Notes: generated by a model not told the origin, from the sequence alone. A stretch of 64,000 bases of DNA from Lingula anatina (GCA_051362555.1 CM120645.1:15190001-15254000); one strand, 5' to 3'; positions 38,542-53,079 are shown, numbered from the stretch's first letter. Numbers and translations: made by a program.

Positions 38542-39594
38542 AAATTTAAAAATGTGCCAACCAATTCACAGTGCTGAACAAGTGCAAACTGTGCAGAAAG
38601 TCATCATCAGTTTTTTAGTTCAGAGGAACCGCTCAGCCAAACCAGTCATTTTTACACTCTAGAATGGAAGAATCTCTGATTGGAAAAAAAACTCAAGCAA
38701 TCACATAAATCCATATCCAAACCAGACAAAGACAGGTCCTGTACTCACAACCCACTTGACAAGGTCAGATTTCAATCAGAAACGTACCTAGAACCAGGCG
38801 ATAGACAAACAATACGGGCATCCTGGGCTCTCTTAATAAGACGTGTCTCTGCACAAAGGGATATTTTGCATCTAAGCTAATTAATTAATTTATCAATCAA
38901 ACCATCTGTCTAATTACCTATGTTGGACTGATTTTTGTGTCAAGCAAGATGTAATTTTAATCCTTTTATCTAGACATATTTCAAACAATCTATATTTTAT
39001 TCATGGACTGAGAGTTGTGGGGTGATTTAAGCCAGGCAAAATGATTAAAAGTTACTCAGAATGTTAGGCAAACAAAAAGAATGATTTGGTCAAAGAATAC
39101 TTGAAAAACATCTGGGCTCATTATGAAAATAATTTTGTTTTCAATAATTTTCTACATATTCAAAATTAAAGAAATCATAACTGAGTTAAAACAGTGAAAA
39201 TTTTAAAAATATGCACAGCAAAATTTTTCATTTTCTTCAATCATAACTGACACACTGATAAGTGTAACATTCTTTATCATGATAATATATATTGTAAGCC
39301 TAAGGTAAATGATATGTAGAGTAAATAAAATAATTAAGCACATGGGAAAAACCAGCACAATAGCATTATGAGCTCTAGTCATACTTAAACAAACAATAAA
39401 TCAAAGGCATTAGATAAAAAGATATTTGAAAAGTTATTACACTTGCTAGTCAAGTGATTCTCCCCTGTCAATTTGCAAAATTTATATTCCTGCTTTGGTT
39501 GAATCATACATCAAGAATGATCTAGTTATTCACAAGTTTTTTTTAACTCATCTGAGAATATCTTAGAATACCATGCCCGACTTCGTAGTATTTT

Positions 39595-39627
<33 letters not shown>

Positions 39628-40599
39628 ATTCATGAAAATAAGCCTATGATTCCGACTGACAAATAAACCTTCCCTAACCTGGTGATATTCTGAAATAGTA
39701 AACAAATTATTCTGAATTTTTAGATTCATGTTTTTGGATTCACTTTTCGTTATTTTATCATTTTGTTTCTGATTGTTAATTCCTTACTGTACATATGATA
39801 TCAATAATCCACATATTAATAATCCATCTTTTTAATTAAGTAGAAAGAGTCAAATCTCTTTTACCTACTTTCCTCAAAAAAGGCACAAATTAAGATACGC
39901 CAGTCTGTTGTTCATAATATGACAAAAATTGGCGATATTAATGTTATATTTTCAATCTTCAACCAAGGAGTTATAACTCCTTGCTTCAACAAAGCACTTA
40001 GAAATCTAAATATAGACTTTTATATTATAGTAGTACTAGAAGGGATAAAAACCAAACCCGTACACACAATTTGTAATTACGACAAATTTCTGGCAAAGTT
40101 GTCATTTTCTAGCGGTAAAATCCAAACGTCTAGATTGAAATAAAAATAAAATGACTCGGTTTTTTATTCTATGACTGAAAAATGACGAGCATTGGATGAG
40201 TGATAATGATGATGTCGGCAAGAGATCTAAAATGCCGAACATAAACATTAAGCTGAAATTCGCCAAATAAAGCCTCATATAGACGAATGCTTCTTAAGAA
40301 ATCCCAAGCTGAAATATACGTTCAAAAATGCTTACCTAAATGAAAACTGGTGATGACCAGGCAGCCTGGAATCCTTATAACTTCAGCGCTGACAGAATGG
40401 AACTCTTCAAAGAAATGCGTACAAGAGTTTACATCCGGTTCTATAGCATTAAAGATCTCGAAAACATTGACATTAGCGATAGAAAGTCTAAAAAGGAAAA
40501 TGATGAATATTATTCCTTGTCAAATATTATCCAAAGTGTTTTCATCTACCAATTGATTTTTTCTCTCAATGTTGTTATTTTTTTTTCAATTTGGAAGGT

Positions 40600-40860
40600 A
40601 ATTTTGATTTTAGTCAAACCCTGGACCGGATTTCCCGACTGAGAACGAGGCCCAACTTCGCGTATTTTGAAAGTTTACGAGTCTCGGGGGTTTCCCAGGA
40701 ATTTCTGACTAAATCTTTTGTCGGGAGGTAATTTGTCATGGTTTATTCTAACATTTTAAATATATGCCTTATATGAAATGGGAAGTGTTATTTTGAAATA
40801 CACTGGGTATTAGACAAAATGTGTAGTCCATGCATGTCAAATGTCGCAGCAAAGTGAGTA
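40600..40860. promoter_or_regulatory. Candidate bidirectional promoter of KIN17 (+) and the PRRT3/4-like gene (-)
   Basis: CpG-enriched patch between a minus-strand donor (TTTAG|gtaagc, 40335) and a plus-strand donor (AAA|gtgagt, ~40854) upstream of the KIN17 acceptor at ~41157. Confidence 0.45.
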
Positions 40861-41171
40861 AATTCACCGATTCGCGTGTGACAGTGACACTGATACAGTG
40901 ATACTAATCAGACTCCAGTCGTGGTGACACTGCCTTTATCAGTGTTACATTTCCTTACGTAGTTTCCAGTTTCCACAACAGGCATATGCCTAAATTGGGC
41001 TACAAGTTATCTGACTTATTCAAACGAATACAGAAACAGTCTACTCGAACTGTTTTGTAAACATGAGTCTGAAATATGAGGACATGTCACTCTTATTTAC
41101 AGTATTGCCATCTTTTTATATATCCATAATTTTACATATTTTTGTATTTTCCATCAGCCAGACATCTTAAG

Positions 41172-44100
41172 ATGTCTAAGAAAGGGGGTTTCCTCACCCC
41201 CAAGGCCATTGCCAACAGAATTAAGGCCAAAGGACTTCAGAAGCTGAGATGGTACTGCCAGATGTGTCAGAAGCAGTGTAGAGATGAGGTAGGTTGTATA
41301 TACGGGTGATTGTAATCTTGTTAATCATGCTCCAATATCTTATATCCCTCCAGTAAAAAGTCAGACACTATGGATTTTTTTGTTGTCTTAATTTCATCTA
41401 AATACCACTAACTTTTTTTTAATTGGGTGCACCCTGTTTTACAGAAGGTTTTCAGTAGTGAAATACTGTAAATTTGATTAATCATCCTTGATAAATCTTG
41501 GGTAAATTAGTCCACAAACAGTCTCTTTAAGAAAAGGACAAATGATAAAAGCAGGCCTTTTTCCCCTGTTCTTAAAATGTTGCCAGTCTTAAGTAAATAG
41601 CCATGAAATTTAAAATGTCTTCCAGAATGGATTCAAGTGCCACACAATGTCGGAATCTCACCAAAGGCAGCTTCTTCTGTTTGCAGAAAGACCAGACCAA
41701 TTCCTGGATACTTTTTCTAAGTAAGACTGTAAATAGGATAACATTTGTACTTTTTAATTAAATTTGATTGACAGGATGAATCGGAGAGATTGGGTGGTTA
41801 ATAAATTCTCTATTTTATCTACTGAATTTCAGGGAATTTGAAGATGGTTATCTAGAGGTTTTGAAGAGGCGGTTTGGAACCAAGCGTGTGCACTGTAATA
41901 TCGTATACCAAGAGTACATAGCAGACAGGGAGCACGTCCATATGAACTCCACGCAGTGGGAGACACTGACAGAGTTTGTCAAACATCTGGGGAAAGATGG
42001 TAGGCCATAGTATTTATTAAAGCAATTTTAGACAGGATAGTCTTGATAGCATAAACATATGCATGGCTGCTTGTGTACTTTCTATTATTTTGTAGTCTTT
42101 CTCTGTATATGTACAGTTTATGAGAAGAAACTAGCTGTAGTACATGACTTCTGATGTTGAAAGTTAACACAAGTGTAATTTTTACTAAAATAATATTTAG
42201 AACTGACTGAACAAGAATAATTAATTATTAATCAAATCCATGGGCAGGAGGCTTTTGGTTTGAACCTAATTAAACCTTAGTTTGCAAAATGATACAAGAT
42301 AATGAAATAGAAGATGAACTGTACAACCTGTAGAACTGCTTGGTCACACTGAAGGTAAAGAAGGCTCAGGTATGATTTTTTATTTTCTTTAAAAATGCTC
42401 AAAACTGTTTTTGAATTTTATAGCAAAAAGACTAATCTTTAACAATCTTTTAAAATATTTTCATATTTTTAATTCCCCAGGTTCTTGTGTAGTTGATGAA
42501 ACTGAAAAAGGTTGGTTTGTGCAGTACATAGACCGCGATCCAGAAACAATACGAAGGCAAGAGGCACTTAAGTCAAAAGAAAAAATGGAACTGGACGATG
42601 AAGAGAAAGTGGCAAGGTTTATTCAAAAACAAATTGAGAGGGCAGCAGAGACAGAAAAAGAACAACCCAAGTCTGAATACACAGAGTTGAAGAGGGAGAG
42701 TGAGGAGGAAAAAGGTATTGAATTAAACAAGAGACCCGTACTTATAGCATCTTGTTGGTCAGTTTTCAACCAAAGTCTAGAGTTACTGATATAGAAAAAG
42801 ATGATTCTTCAGGATGATTACTTCACTTAAATGTAAATTAAATGTTTGGGTCCTTTATTGATTAAAATTTTCTTTGTACTTTTTATTTTTCATTTTAATT
42901 ATTATTTTTTTAGTGGCTTTCAATTTAGCTGCCATGAAAAAATCAGAAGGGAAGTCTTCAGTGAAGTAAGTGGTCATTAATAGCTTGTGTCAACATATGT
43001 ATCTATGCACACACATTTACATGTTTTTCATTATAAAAAAATTTATTAGTGAAAAATGTAATCATAATATACCTATTTGTTATTCGTTTGACAAAACAAA
43101 TTGATTTAAAATTCTCAGCTTTTTTTGTCTTAAGAAAATTTTAGTCTTTTCAAAATTAAATATTCAAAGAAAAACAAGATATTTGTATAATAATGATAAT
43201 CAATAAAAATATAAAATAATAATTGTTGTAAACTTGTTACATTTGTAAATGGAAAATCCTACCTCACATTCTAGGTCATTACCATCAATAAATGCACTTA
43301 AAGCAGAGGAGAAAAGGCATGCTCCTACCACCAGCAAAGATAGTCTGAAGTCCACATCGATTGCTGGACAGAAGAGAAAGAATGCCCTTGAGGAAATTAT
43401 GGAGGTACGTGATGGACTGTGAAATTGGTTGTGCACTCCTTACATTGTTCTCTGTAATTGAAAACCATGGTGGAAAAGAAATGAAATGTAGGAAGGAAAT
43501 GTTTGATATGATTGTCAATTTTTTTTCCAAATCATACTTGTAGCACCTTAATGCATAACTTCAGCACATTCTGTAACTTTTACAAAAATACTTTGAAACA
43601 ATGTTTGCCCTTAATTTAGATTTTTATTATTTGCTCATTCTTTTCAATTTTAGTTTAAATCAGCGACTACTTTCTATTTTCATCTACATCAATTTCATAA
43701 TCAAAAGGTTTAAAGCCAAAAACCAAAGACAAATGCACAATATATTATATATTATAAGTACATGCAGGGCATTCTGCGTATAGCATTTCAATTTTATGGA
43801 AAATATTTCATTATTTTTTCCAGTTTGAGGAGCAGAAGAAGGAAAAAATGAACAGGAAAGACTATTGGTTGCACAAGGGAATTGTAGTTAAGGTTGTCAC
43901 CAAAAAACTTGGTGACAAATTTTATAAAAAGAAAGGAGTAGTTAAGGTAAGATGATTTGATGGTTGACATTAAAGGTCAAGGTCAATCTGATCCATAAAT
44001 GGAGGTCAGAGTTGAAGTTTTCATGTTTGATGTTAGCTGAAGGTTTATTTGCCACTTAAAACATCTCCTTTTTCCATTTTTTTTTTTTTTTTGCGGTATT

Positions 44101-45595
44101 ATCAATACGCTATCTTAAGCAATTTCACTAAAGTCTAACTTACCAATAGAAAAAAATTTCAAAAATAGAAAAGCATTATTCAAAGAATTTTTACAGTATC
44201 TGAGGGGAAGGAGGTGGCTTAGTTGTGAGAATCATTCCCATTGTTTTGTCAAATGCATCACTTTACATTACTTTTTGGATTGAATACTTTAAATGTTTGT
44301 TTTAAGGAGGTAGTTGACCAATATGCAGGGGTCATCAAGATGTTGGACAGTGGAGATAAGGTCAAGGTTGACCAGGCACATGTGGAGACGGTTATTCCAG
44401 CCATAGGTAAATGCTGGGTATTATATAGAGAATGAAAAGAGCAACTTATGTGTTGTATAAGCATTTTTTTATTTGAGTGAAATAATATATTCATCGATAA
44501 TGTAAAATGGAGTGGAAAACAAATAGGTGTATTTATTTATTTATTATTTTTTTGTTTATTCATGAAATTGTATATGGACATAACATGTATGTTATAATAA
44601 GTAAGGCCAGGTACTTTAAGGCATACATAACCATTTGATATGAAAAAAAGTACAATTACTAATATCTGAACTGAACTGAATTTAAACTTTCTATAATGTA
44701 ATGAGAATGTAGTATAATTATTTATTTATTTTTGTTTGTTTGTTTCAGGAAAGTCTGTTTTATTGGTGAATGGAGCATACAGAGGCAGTGAGGCTACTTT
44801 ATTGAGTATAAACGAGAAAAAGTTTTCCTGTAGTATAAAAATTGTTGCAGTAAGTATATAAAATGGACTTTTTTAAATTAAGGCTGTCACAAAATTATTG
44901 TCATTAACTTATTATTTAATTTGGTAGTCAAAGTACAAAAAATATGACATTTTTCATTTCAGTCTTAGATAGATAATGAATAGATAATTGGCAACTAAAC
45001 TTTACTGTTTTCACAGATTTTTGAGCATATTTTTTGCATTATTTATTATTCAGTGGAGAACTGCCTTTAGCTTTGCAGTAAGCATAATAATTTGGCCCAA
45101 TGCTTACCCACCCTGTCCAATATACATGGATGTATCCCAAGTCTATGCCAAAAACATTAAAACCTTCTGGCCTTTGGGATATAAAGCACCACTACTTAAC
45201 TATTCAGCAGAATATTTAAAAATAATATTTATACCAGAAACAGTGGCAAGTACCTGAACAAATTTATAAAATTGTCCTGACCCTTCTGCTTTAATTGTTT
45301 AATGGGAGTTGGTACAGAAGTTATAGTCTTATATTGCTTGCACGCAGGCACACACACACACATTGCTCTTTTTAGGACTTCTTGTATCTGGTTTCAAAAT
45401 AGAGATGGGTATTTTTAAGAAAAAAAATCCATAGTAGTGTTTTTCTTAAAAATTCCATGTTTAGTCAGTGTTTGAAGCAGCTATTGTTTCAGTTTTGACA
45501 TTCCTTTGATGATTTTCTTCTAGGGTCCTTTGAAAGGCAGAGAAGTGGATGGGGTCCAGTATGAAGACGTCAGCAAACTCCACCTTGCCTCCTGA
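41172..45595 (+). CDS. KIN: DNA/RNA-binding protein KIN17, 396 aa, 10 coding exons
   Basis: Exons 41172-41288, 41626-41720, 41833-41999, 42481-42714, 42914-42965, 43275-43404, 43824-43946, 44307-44406, 44749-44849, 45524-45595 (1191 nt, in frame). Contains KGLQKLRWYCQMCQKQCRDENGFKCHTMSESHQRQ zinc finger, HMNSTQWETL, GWFVQYIDRDPE and C-terminal KOW region ending YEDVSKL. AATAAA at 45995. Confidence 0.97.
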
Positions 45596-46215
45596 CACGG
45601 TGTGTTTGATGTGCCAGCCAGAGCAACGCACCGATCCCTTTGTAATGAACGTTCAGAGAGAACAACAAGAGAAAGAGCCGAGATTTACGCCCTATACTTA
45701 AGAGGTTCAGCAGTTCCGTGAAGTGCTGGTTTCACATGCAATTCCAGGATATAGCCTAATATGCCAAGTTTGATTTTAAGAGAACTGTTCTTCAAGTATA
45801 AAAAAGGCAAAACTCTAAGTTGCTGTGTTACCAACAGCTTGTATCAGCGTGTTTCGTAATCTGTGACAGGATAATAGTCTGTCATGGTGACATATAAATG
45901 AAGGTGAACATATTCAGGGGCATAGTTGAACATGCATAACATTTTATTTTGTAAATTGATAATTTTTGTCTCCAAAGTAAGTGTCACGGGTTTTAATAAA
46001 ATGTTTATCACAGCACTGCATTATTGACGTTTATTCTGATTAGAAAGTCAAGTGTATAGAATTTATCCTTTTTATTTGCATCCTGTGTAGATATGAGCCT
46101 TCACACATCATGAATCCAACAGTATTGGCTTCATATTTATCTTAGTTCAGGAGCTCGTGTTGAATTTAATAATTATTAATGATAATTTTTTAAAAAACAA
46201 CAACAACTTTTATGT

Positions 46216-46784
46216 TCAGAGCTCGAAGTCGACACTCACTCTCAGTTTATTTCGCTTTTCGTTGAAGATGGCGTTGAATTTTTCGTTTTGTGCTACAGTA
46301 AAATGGTTTTTCCAGTCACCGACAATACCTACAAAAAGGAAATAATTAGTAACTTGATGTATAAGGGCAAATGTTCATAATTAACAAACACGATATATAA
46401 AGACAAATGTTCATAATTAACAAACATGATATTTTAAATTCCATATCCTTACAACTTGAACTAGAAATAATGAGAATATGATGGTTGCAAGATGCCTTCA
46501 ATATGAGGGTCAAAATGGGCTTCTCGTGCCTTTTCTGTACATGCTGCCTCCTGGTTTCCAGAAACATTTTGGCTCTTTTTTCGCTTTCTTCATGTGCCCA
46601 AAAGAGCACTTTTTAGTCACATTTTCGTAGACCTCCTCAGATTTGGTATAACCTAGAAATTCTGCAACGCGGCGTACCTCTTTCTTCAGGTCCTAGAAAT
46701 TGAAAAGTTCGTTTTGGGGGAACGTTTTTGGTGATCAGTTTCTCTCTCTCTCTCTTACTCCTCTCTCTCACTCTCTCTCTCTTT

Positions 46785-46822
<38 letters not shown>

Positions 46823-48111
46823 TTAAATTGATAAAATCTCGATAAAGTAATTATACACTCGCCTTGCTTAAAAAAATCTGGCTGGCGTGAACCGACCTTG
46901 AAGAGGAGAATTATAATTTCTAATAAAAAATGTTCAACTGCCATACCCGCTTCATGTCTTCATATTTGACCACTAAAGCATTGGGGTTATTTTCTAAAAC
47001 TTCCATCCAATCAGCAACATGGTCGAACCAAGATCCGCATAAACCTAGTTGCGAGAAAGATAAAAATGCAGACATTGCATGGACATTTCTTAACCATATT
47101 CATCATAAATGGGAAAAGAGATACATTTTCAGTATTTAAATTAAATTAATTTTGTGTTTGATTATATGATATTATAAGTTTATATCGTGCGACTTGAATA
47201 TGCAAATAAATAAATATCATGATTTAAAAAAGAATGAATAATGTGATTTTAGTATAAGGCATTGAGAGAGAGATATGGAAGCCTTTTTAATCTTAAGTCT
47301 TGAAACTTAAAAACGAAAGGAACATTTTAACAGGAAGCGGGTCACAAAGTAGCGGCCAATGTAAGTAGACCTACATGTACGTTTAAATAAAAATAAAACA
47401 TTTTTTGCTTTGAAAATAAATTAAAATTTTGCATGATACGTGATTCAGTCTTGCTTTTTATGTCACTTTTTTGAAGAAAATTTTCCTTCTCCAAATTATA
47501 TATTTACATGTATTTTCGTCTACAGATAATTCGAAGAACCCGTTCCAACTTCCCTCATATGACACCGATCTGTCGTTTTTCATATGATAATATGCAGACA
47601 CGAAGGCGTCCTTCGGATTCCGTAGTGTGTAGATAATCTTAGATTTCTTCAATGCTTCTTCTGGAAACAGCTTCAGCGGCACGTGTGTATCTAAAACCCT
47701 CGGCGACGGCAGTTTTTCCAGGGACTCCACAGCGCACGCCTCCGGGAACATGGTGCCTTCTTTTATGCTGTCAGTGAGTTCTTCCCGTCCCGTCATGAGT
47801 AGTTTAATGACTTCGTACATCCAATGTGTTCCTATTTTTGAAAAATTGCATAAAAATAGATATTTGATTTTCTCCATTGGATATTACATTTGGAACATTG
47901 ACACGCCCCTAAATCGACAGAGAAATACTTATAATATAGAAAAGAAAATGCAAGTATAATGTAATAATGAAGAATAGGACTTGACAAAAAAAAAAAAAAA
48001 AAAAGAAAAGAAAGAAAAAAGAAAAGGTCTTGGGTCAGTAAGAACGAATGAAATTCCACAAGTAGGCCTAAATAAATAATTTCGAAAAAGCTTCTACATT
48101 TTGTACCATTA

Positions 48112-48150
<39 letters not shown>

Positions 48151-48356
48151 TTACAATATTTACGAGTTAAACAGGACAAGAGTAACAATACGCCTGTACT
48201 CTGCCGTGTAACAGGCTTAGTAAATGTGTGTGCACGCGTGCGTGCACGTTTTAGCCACACATGGCATTCTGCACATGAACTATTTGCTGAGTTTGTTGAT
48301 TAAAGAAAGACAGAATCTCACTCGTCCCTTTCTCTCTCCTTCTCTCTCTCTCTCTC

Positions 48357-48389
<33 letters not shown>

Positions 48390-48710
48390 GCGTGTGTCCC
48401 CTGTGCGTGTGTGCATGTATGTACCTGATTTAGGCCAGTTCACTATCCACACATCATCCCCACGAGCGTGAAACTTGTCATAATTGTTAATGTTATTTTC
48501 TACAATAGGAAACGGCGGTAAGTGGACTCTGTTAACTTCGACTACAGTCAGGCCATTTCCCTCGCTGTCCATTAACCTTTTACGCTTTCCTGCGTTTTTC
48601 CAGCCGAGCATGACAGACTTGAACATATTCCTAACTTCGGGAAAGTGGTACAAGTCCATAACAAGGAGGTATATTGAGCGAAAGAAATTTCCGATCGCCG
48701 CAAACACCAT
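46216..48710 (-). CDS. Cytosolic-type sulfotransferase, copy A (327 aa if the GC donor is used)
   Basis: Exons 48710-48425, 47831-47508, 47044-46947, 46692-46530, 46328-46216. Motifs WPKSGTHW (5'-PSB), RNPKDAFVS (3'-PB), [24 protein letters not shown]. Last intron has a non-canonical GC donor. Confidence 0.88.
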
Positions 48711-49589
48711 TGTGACAGCTGGCCTGAAATAGAAAGAATCGAAGGATGGCGCAACGGAGGCTGAAGTGGGGTGGGGTGGGTTGAAAAATCTAAGGTTATG
48801 TTTAACAAGTTATATCTATCTGAATAATATGCTTGGCAAATATACAATGAAGCACGAGTTTATGATTAGATATCAACGCTGGACCGGACCCAGGCATGGA
48901 GATGGGGCTTGGGGTATTGTGTGCTCCAACCCCACCCCCCGCAAAATATTATTTACAATAAAAGGTGCCGCTAGTCTCTATATACCGAACTACAGTTAGG
49001 ACATAAAACAAGATCTGTTATCAGGTTGTACATCATTTCCCCTTTGGACAGAGAACCGAGAACCGACTCGCCATTTTGTTTTGGAAAGCTCCCCCCATTG
49101 CTGCACCCAGCGTGCATCCCCTGCATTGGTCTAGGTACATGTACAGGGTATATACTGACACAGAATGTCTGCGTTGACTAAGAACAAATTCGCTTTAAAA
49201 TCCCATCAAGTCCTTTATACAAGTACATAATTAGTACTTAAATGGACGTTATCGGGTGAACATACCTGACTGGTCTGTAAGTGCAAATGTTCTTTGCACA
49301 TATAGAAACAACGCATGATAAGCCTAGTTACTACACTTACTCCAAACCAGATTGTTTGCACTGGAACTTTAGTTCAAAGTCTTATCTTCGACACTGGATA
49401 AACTGCTTATCATGCTAGCCTGAGTGGTAACGACATGTTGATTGGTCGATAGTTTGTGTCTGTTTTGTCACTTTGTTTGTTGGGAGGTACTCTTTCAGAA
49501 TAAATAAAATAATAAATAGATAAATAACAATGACAGGCGAATCTTGGCAAAACCATACAATGTTATTATCAATGACTGGGAGTTCTCAA

Positions 49590-49720
49590 TGATAGAGAGT
49601 CCGCTTTCCATTCATTTACAGGTAAGCCTCGCTCTAGATTTTGATCCAATTAGGTCAGGCAATAACCCTAACCATTATTACTAAATGGATGGCGGACTTT
49701 CTGTTACACGGACACTCAGA
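49590..49720. mobile_element. Truncated copy of the CG-flanked MITE family
   Basis: Reverse-complement similarity to ~8935-9070 (CTAGATTTTGA, AACCCTAACCATTA, GGCGGACTTTCTGT). Confidence 0.7.
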
Positions 49721-50525
49721 TAAATACATAAGACAATCAGCACATTTGCATTGGTTCTTCAGACATGTACAGAAAGGGGCGACTTGGATTGAAAATAATC
49801 ATTTTCTTAATGTTCTAACAATGGCATCTTGCCTTCGTCCTTCGCATATAGATAGATAGATAGATAGATAGATACTTACTTCGCATGAAAAATATAAAAT
49901 GCGTGTAAAGCAAAAATGTCAATAATACAAAGGTTTTCATAAATAGATCAACATCACGATTATTTATAGACACACATAAAATTTTAATGTATAGGTTTGT
50001 AAACATTTTGTTAATTTTTTGACATGTGGACTTGCAAGCAAAATTTATTCTCGACCTGAGGTTCGCACAGGGCATGAACCAGCAGACTATAAGCAAAGTA
50101 CATGTAGTTCATCTGCTTTTCAGATATTGAACTATAGTGTCTTTTTGCTGCATAATATGAGCTTTTAAGCATGGCATGAGAAATGAAATACTATCCTTCA
50201 GTCCTTCAAATTAAGCTTGTAAATTACACCCATCTAATCTCAAGCAGTTTTTGGTGCAAAACCAACATTCAGTTTCTGGATCTAATGAAATAATTAAACA
50301 TTCTTAATTTTTTTTACTATAAGAAATGTTTCTTATCCTCAAGTACAGCTTGCAGATTGCAAAATAAAATATTTTTATCACAGTCATACTGCTCTGGAAT
50401 TTATTCTGATTGCAGAATTTCAGAGCATAATACATGTCTAAGCCTTTACTCCCTAGATGAACAATAATGAAAACGTGTCATTGAACTACACTGTTGCCGG
50501 GTAACTATTGGCCCAAATGCATTCA

Positions 50526-52524
50526 TCAAAGCTCGAAGTCAACGCTCACTCTCAGCTTATTTTGTTTCTCGTTGAATATGGCGTTAAATTTTTCGTTTTG
50601 CGCTACAGTGAAATGGTTCTTCCAGTCACCAACAATACCTACAAAAAGACAAAATTTATGATAATAAATAAATAAATAAATAAATAAATAAAATGCGTTT
50701 TCCCGTCAAACATGACATTAACAGTCTATAACGTAACAACTAAATATTGACAGCTGCAATTGCCTGCTATATAAAAGGATAAAATCGGTTTCTCTTACCT
50801 TTTCTGTACATGCTGCCTCCTGGTTTCCAGAAAGATTTCGGTTCTTTCTTTGCTTTCTTCATGTGCCCAAAAGAGCACTTTTTAGTCACATTTTCGTAGA
50901 CTTCCTCGGATTTGGGATAACCTAGAAATTCTGCAACGCGGCGTACCTCTTTCTTCAGGTCCTAGAAATTGAAAAGTTTGTTTTTTGGAAACGTTTATTT
51001 GTGATCAGTTTCTCTCTCTCTCTCGCACACACACTAACCCCCCCCCCCCCCCACACACACACACACATTAAATTGATAAAATCTAGATAAACTAATTATG
51101 CACTCGTTGTCTCCTTGCTTAACAAAATCTGGCTGGTGTAAACCGACCTTAAAGACAAGAATTATAATTTCGAATAATTTCAAATAAAAATGTTTAGCTG
51201 CATTACCCGCTTCATATCTTCATATTTAACCACCAAAGCATTGGGGTTATTTTCTAATACTTCCATCCAATCTGCAACGTGGTCGAACCAAGATCCGTAT
51301 ACACCTATTTGTGAAAAAGATAAAAACGCACACATTGCATGGACATGTTTCCCCTCTTTTTAACCATGTTCATCACATATGGGGAAAAAGATACATTTGG
51401 CATTTGGGCGAATTTGCAATATCTAAATAAAATTAATTTAGTGTTTTATTATATTGTATTGTAAGTTTATATCATACAAGCATGTTGAATATGCAAATAA
51501 ACCAAATTAAATATCATGATTTAAAAAAGAATGAATAATGTGAATTAAGTACTAGGCACTGAGAGGGTGATGTGGAAACCTTTTTTCATATTTCACGCCA
51601 TATTTTTACCTTTTGTCTTCTAACTTAAAAATGGAAGGAATTCTTTTAAGAATTAAAAATAAAAAACTTAAAAGTTAATTTTAACAGGAAATGTGTCACA
51701 AAGCAGATGTCAATGTAAGTAGGCCTACATTTCAATAAAAACAAAACATTTTTTTAAAAATAAATTTGAATATTGTATGATAGGTGATTCAGTCTTCCTT
51801 TTTTTGTCAAATTTTTGAAAAAAAATTTCTTCCCCAAATTATATATTTACTTGTATTTTCGTTTATAAATAATTCGAAAAACCCGTTCCAACTTCCTTCA
51901 TATCCCACCAGCGATCTGTCGTTTTTCATATGATAATATCCAGACACGAAGGCGTCCTTTGGATTCCGTAGTGTGTAGATAATCTTAGATTTCTTCAATG
52001 CTTCTTCTGGAAATAGCTTCAGCGGCACGTGTGTATCTAAAACCCTTGGCGACGGCAGTTTTTCCAGGGACTCCACAGCGCACGCCTCTGGGAACATGGT
52101 GCCTTCTTTTATGCTGTCAGTGAGTTCTTCCCGACCCGTCATAAGTAGTTTAATAACTTCGTACATCCAATGTGTTCCTAGTGAGATTGTAAGGGTATAC
52201 AAAGCTCAAGATACCTTAAGATAATTATATTGAAAAAAAGGAATTTTCATTTAGTTTCATAAATTCATTCATTAAAAAGGAATCCTCTATCCAAAACATT
52301 CAAGAAAACTATGAACAATAGACCAGCTTTTGAGTTCCAAATATCTCATTTGCTGTCCTAAGTGAATGTTACCGATTCCAATTTCTTTTACAATTTAAAG
52401 CGAGTGAATGTGTGGCTGTGCGCGCGCTTATCTGAGTCACAATTTGCATTCCGCACATGCAATGGTAAACTATTTGCCGAGTTTGTTGATTTAAGATAAA
52501 TAAGATCTCACAAGCCACCCATTC

Positions 52525-52616
<92 letters not shown>

Positions 52617-52928
52617 TCTGTGTGCGTGTGTTTATGTACCTGATTTAGGCCAGTTCACTAGCCAAACATCATCCTCACGAGCGTGAAACTTGTCATAACT
52701 GTTAATGTTACTTTCTACAAGAAGAAATGGCGGTAAGTGGACTCCGTTAACTTCGACTACAGTCAGGCCATACCCCTCGCTGTCCATCAACCTTTTATGC
52801 TTTCCTGCTTTTCTCCAATCGAGCATCGCTGATTTGACCATATTCCTAACTTCGGGAAAGTGGTACAAGTCCATAACAAAGAGATATATTGAGCGAAAGA
52901 ATTTTCTGATCGCCGCAAACACCATCAT
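50526..52928 (-). CDS. Cytosolic-type sulfotransferase, copy B (329 aa)
   Basis: Exons 52928-52640, 52177-51851, 51304-51207, 50961-50799, 50638-50526, all GT-AG and in frame. Same PAPS-binding motifs as copy A. Confidence 0.93.
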
Positions 52929-53025
52929 AACAGCTGGACTGAAATACAAAGAATTGAAAGATGCTGCAATGGAAGTCGGAGTAAAGGTTATGTTTAACAC
53001 GCTATATCTATCTGAAAAATATTCA

Positions 53026-53026
<1 letters not shown>

Positions 53027-53078
<52 letters not shown>
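53027..53078. repeat. (TA)n microsatellite
   Basis: Directly visible; absent at the equivalent position upstream of copy A. Confidence 0.95.

Positions 53079-53079
<1 letters not shown>

Noticed and set aside
40340-40642. 100-aa plus-strand ORF upstream of KIN17
   Set aside because: No recognisable domain; it overlaps the probable non-coding first exon on the opposite strand.
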